DNA of 63,976 nucleotides, filler included, from Reticulomyxa filosa (taxonomy: Eukaryota; Protista; Foraminifera), in NCBI GenBank assembly GCA_000512085.1. It is 20 parts of 20 records of this genome, joined end to end, with 100 filler letters (N's around TTAATTAATTAA, not from the genome) between each part and the next. Parts side by side here need not be neighbours in the genome. Positions count along the whole stretch, not along the records: positions 62,971 to 63,976 come from ASPP01015988.1; 19 more parts are not named here. One strand, 5' to 3'. The translations under genes and the position numbers were made by a program. The notes beneath the pieces are model-generated. The model was not told the origin of the DNA and ran no database searches. It was given only the letters and a program-made list of their open reading frames with translations. How positions within the stretch are numbered: position 1 is the first letter of the stretch; the number at the start of each line of letters is the position of its first letter. Positions 63,331 to 63,976 of this stretch are shown in pieces.

Positions 63331-63531
63331 TGAAACTTGGAATTCCGGCATTAAATCGGACGGCTTGCTATCATGAAAAGCACCAGCACAGATGAACAAG
63401 ATATGGTCAGTGTCGACTTTGCCATATCCCGGAACTTGGACGGAACAGCCTTCGATCAAAGGGAGCAAATCTCTTTGGACCCCTTCTTGCGAGACTTTGC
63501 GATCTCCGCCGCGAAAGGAGTTGCGCGAGCT

Positions 63532-63563
<32 letters not shown>

Positions 63564-63941
63564 CGCCATCGTTCTGCGCGAGTTCAACGGCTTGGGTGAT
63601 CAAGTCATTTTCATTGAGTCGTTTGCGCAGCTCTTGCTCCATCAAAATGTCGCGTGCGCGCTTCACGCGATACGTCTTCTTTTCCGGTCTCGCGTTGCAC
63701 TGGGGTCCATTATCATCGCCGATCCCGAAGGGGGCTGCAGTATCAAAAAAGGGGTCGTCGGACGCACGCCCCGAAGGACCTTGTTCAAATCCAATTCCTT
63801 TGGCACGTCCACGCTCACTTCCATTTCGTCCAATTCGCCTTTTTCCAATCGTTCCTGTGTTATACCCTTTTCTTTTATCTCCACTTCTGACAGTTTCATC
63901 GTCAGTGATTTCAACAGCATTGCATCGACAATTCCTTTCAA
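63010..63941 (-). CDS. hslU: HslU (ClpY) AAA+ ATPase of the HslVU protease, intron-containing, partial
   Basis: Walker [13 protein letters not shown]; [16 protein letters not shown]; [26 protein letters not shown]|[21 protein letters not shown]; sensor-2 [12 protein letters not shown] intron from 63336 to ~63250. Confidence 0.93.
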
Positions 63942-63976
63942 TTCGGTTTCATACTATAAATACGTATATAAATAAA

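Noticed and set aside
1-63976. tRNA/rRNA genes or an alternative genetic code
   Set aside because: No cloverleaf or rRNA signatures were seen. Intact genes end at TAA, TAG and TGA, and in-frame stops are confined to decayed copies apart from the single HslU case.

Overview
This window is not a continuous locus. It is 20 short contigs or contig pieces joined by 19 identical artificial 100-bp linkers (N44-TTAATTAATTAA-N44). Nineteen pieces are AT-rich, intron-containing eukaryotic DNA. The WD40 family style, many pseudogenes, low-complexity proteins and homopolymer frameshifts suggest a foraminiferan draft genome such as Reticulomyxa (inference). One piece (45157-47369) is GC-rich bacterial DNA carrying an amino-acid ABC permease, a cystathionine gamma-synthase/lyase and a periplasmic binding protein. 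Recognisable eukaryotic genes: DHHC palmitoyltransferase; SAM-UBA-4xMIB/HERC2 protein; C2-nocturnin-like EEP enzyme with a probable CaaX tail; DENN-domain GEF; WD40 proteins; RNA-dependent RNA polymerase (RNAi type, DLDGD); EF-hand protein; OMA1-like M48 peptidase; CDPK; CAP-Gly protein; Cys-rich secreted protein; DEP+ankyrin protein; CWC21; HslU. There are also decayed HSP90, UBC13 and SDR copies and relics of a LINE with APE, RT and RNase H domains. The standout candidate is the multi-exon gene at 27056-30143. Its spliced product aligns colinearly, end to end, with the PI3K-gamma regulatory subunit p101/p87 (PIK3R5/6), a family usually regarded as animal/vertebrate-specific. Also notable are many introns with T-rich 5' halves and A-rich 3' ends in place of a polypyrimidine tract. 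All homology calls come from motif recognition; no searches were run.
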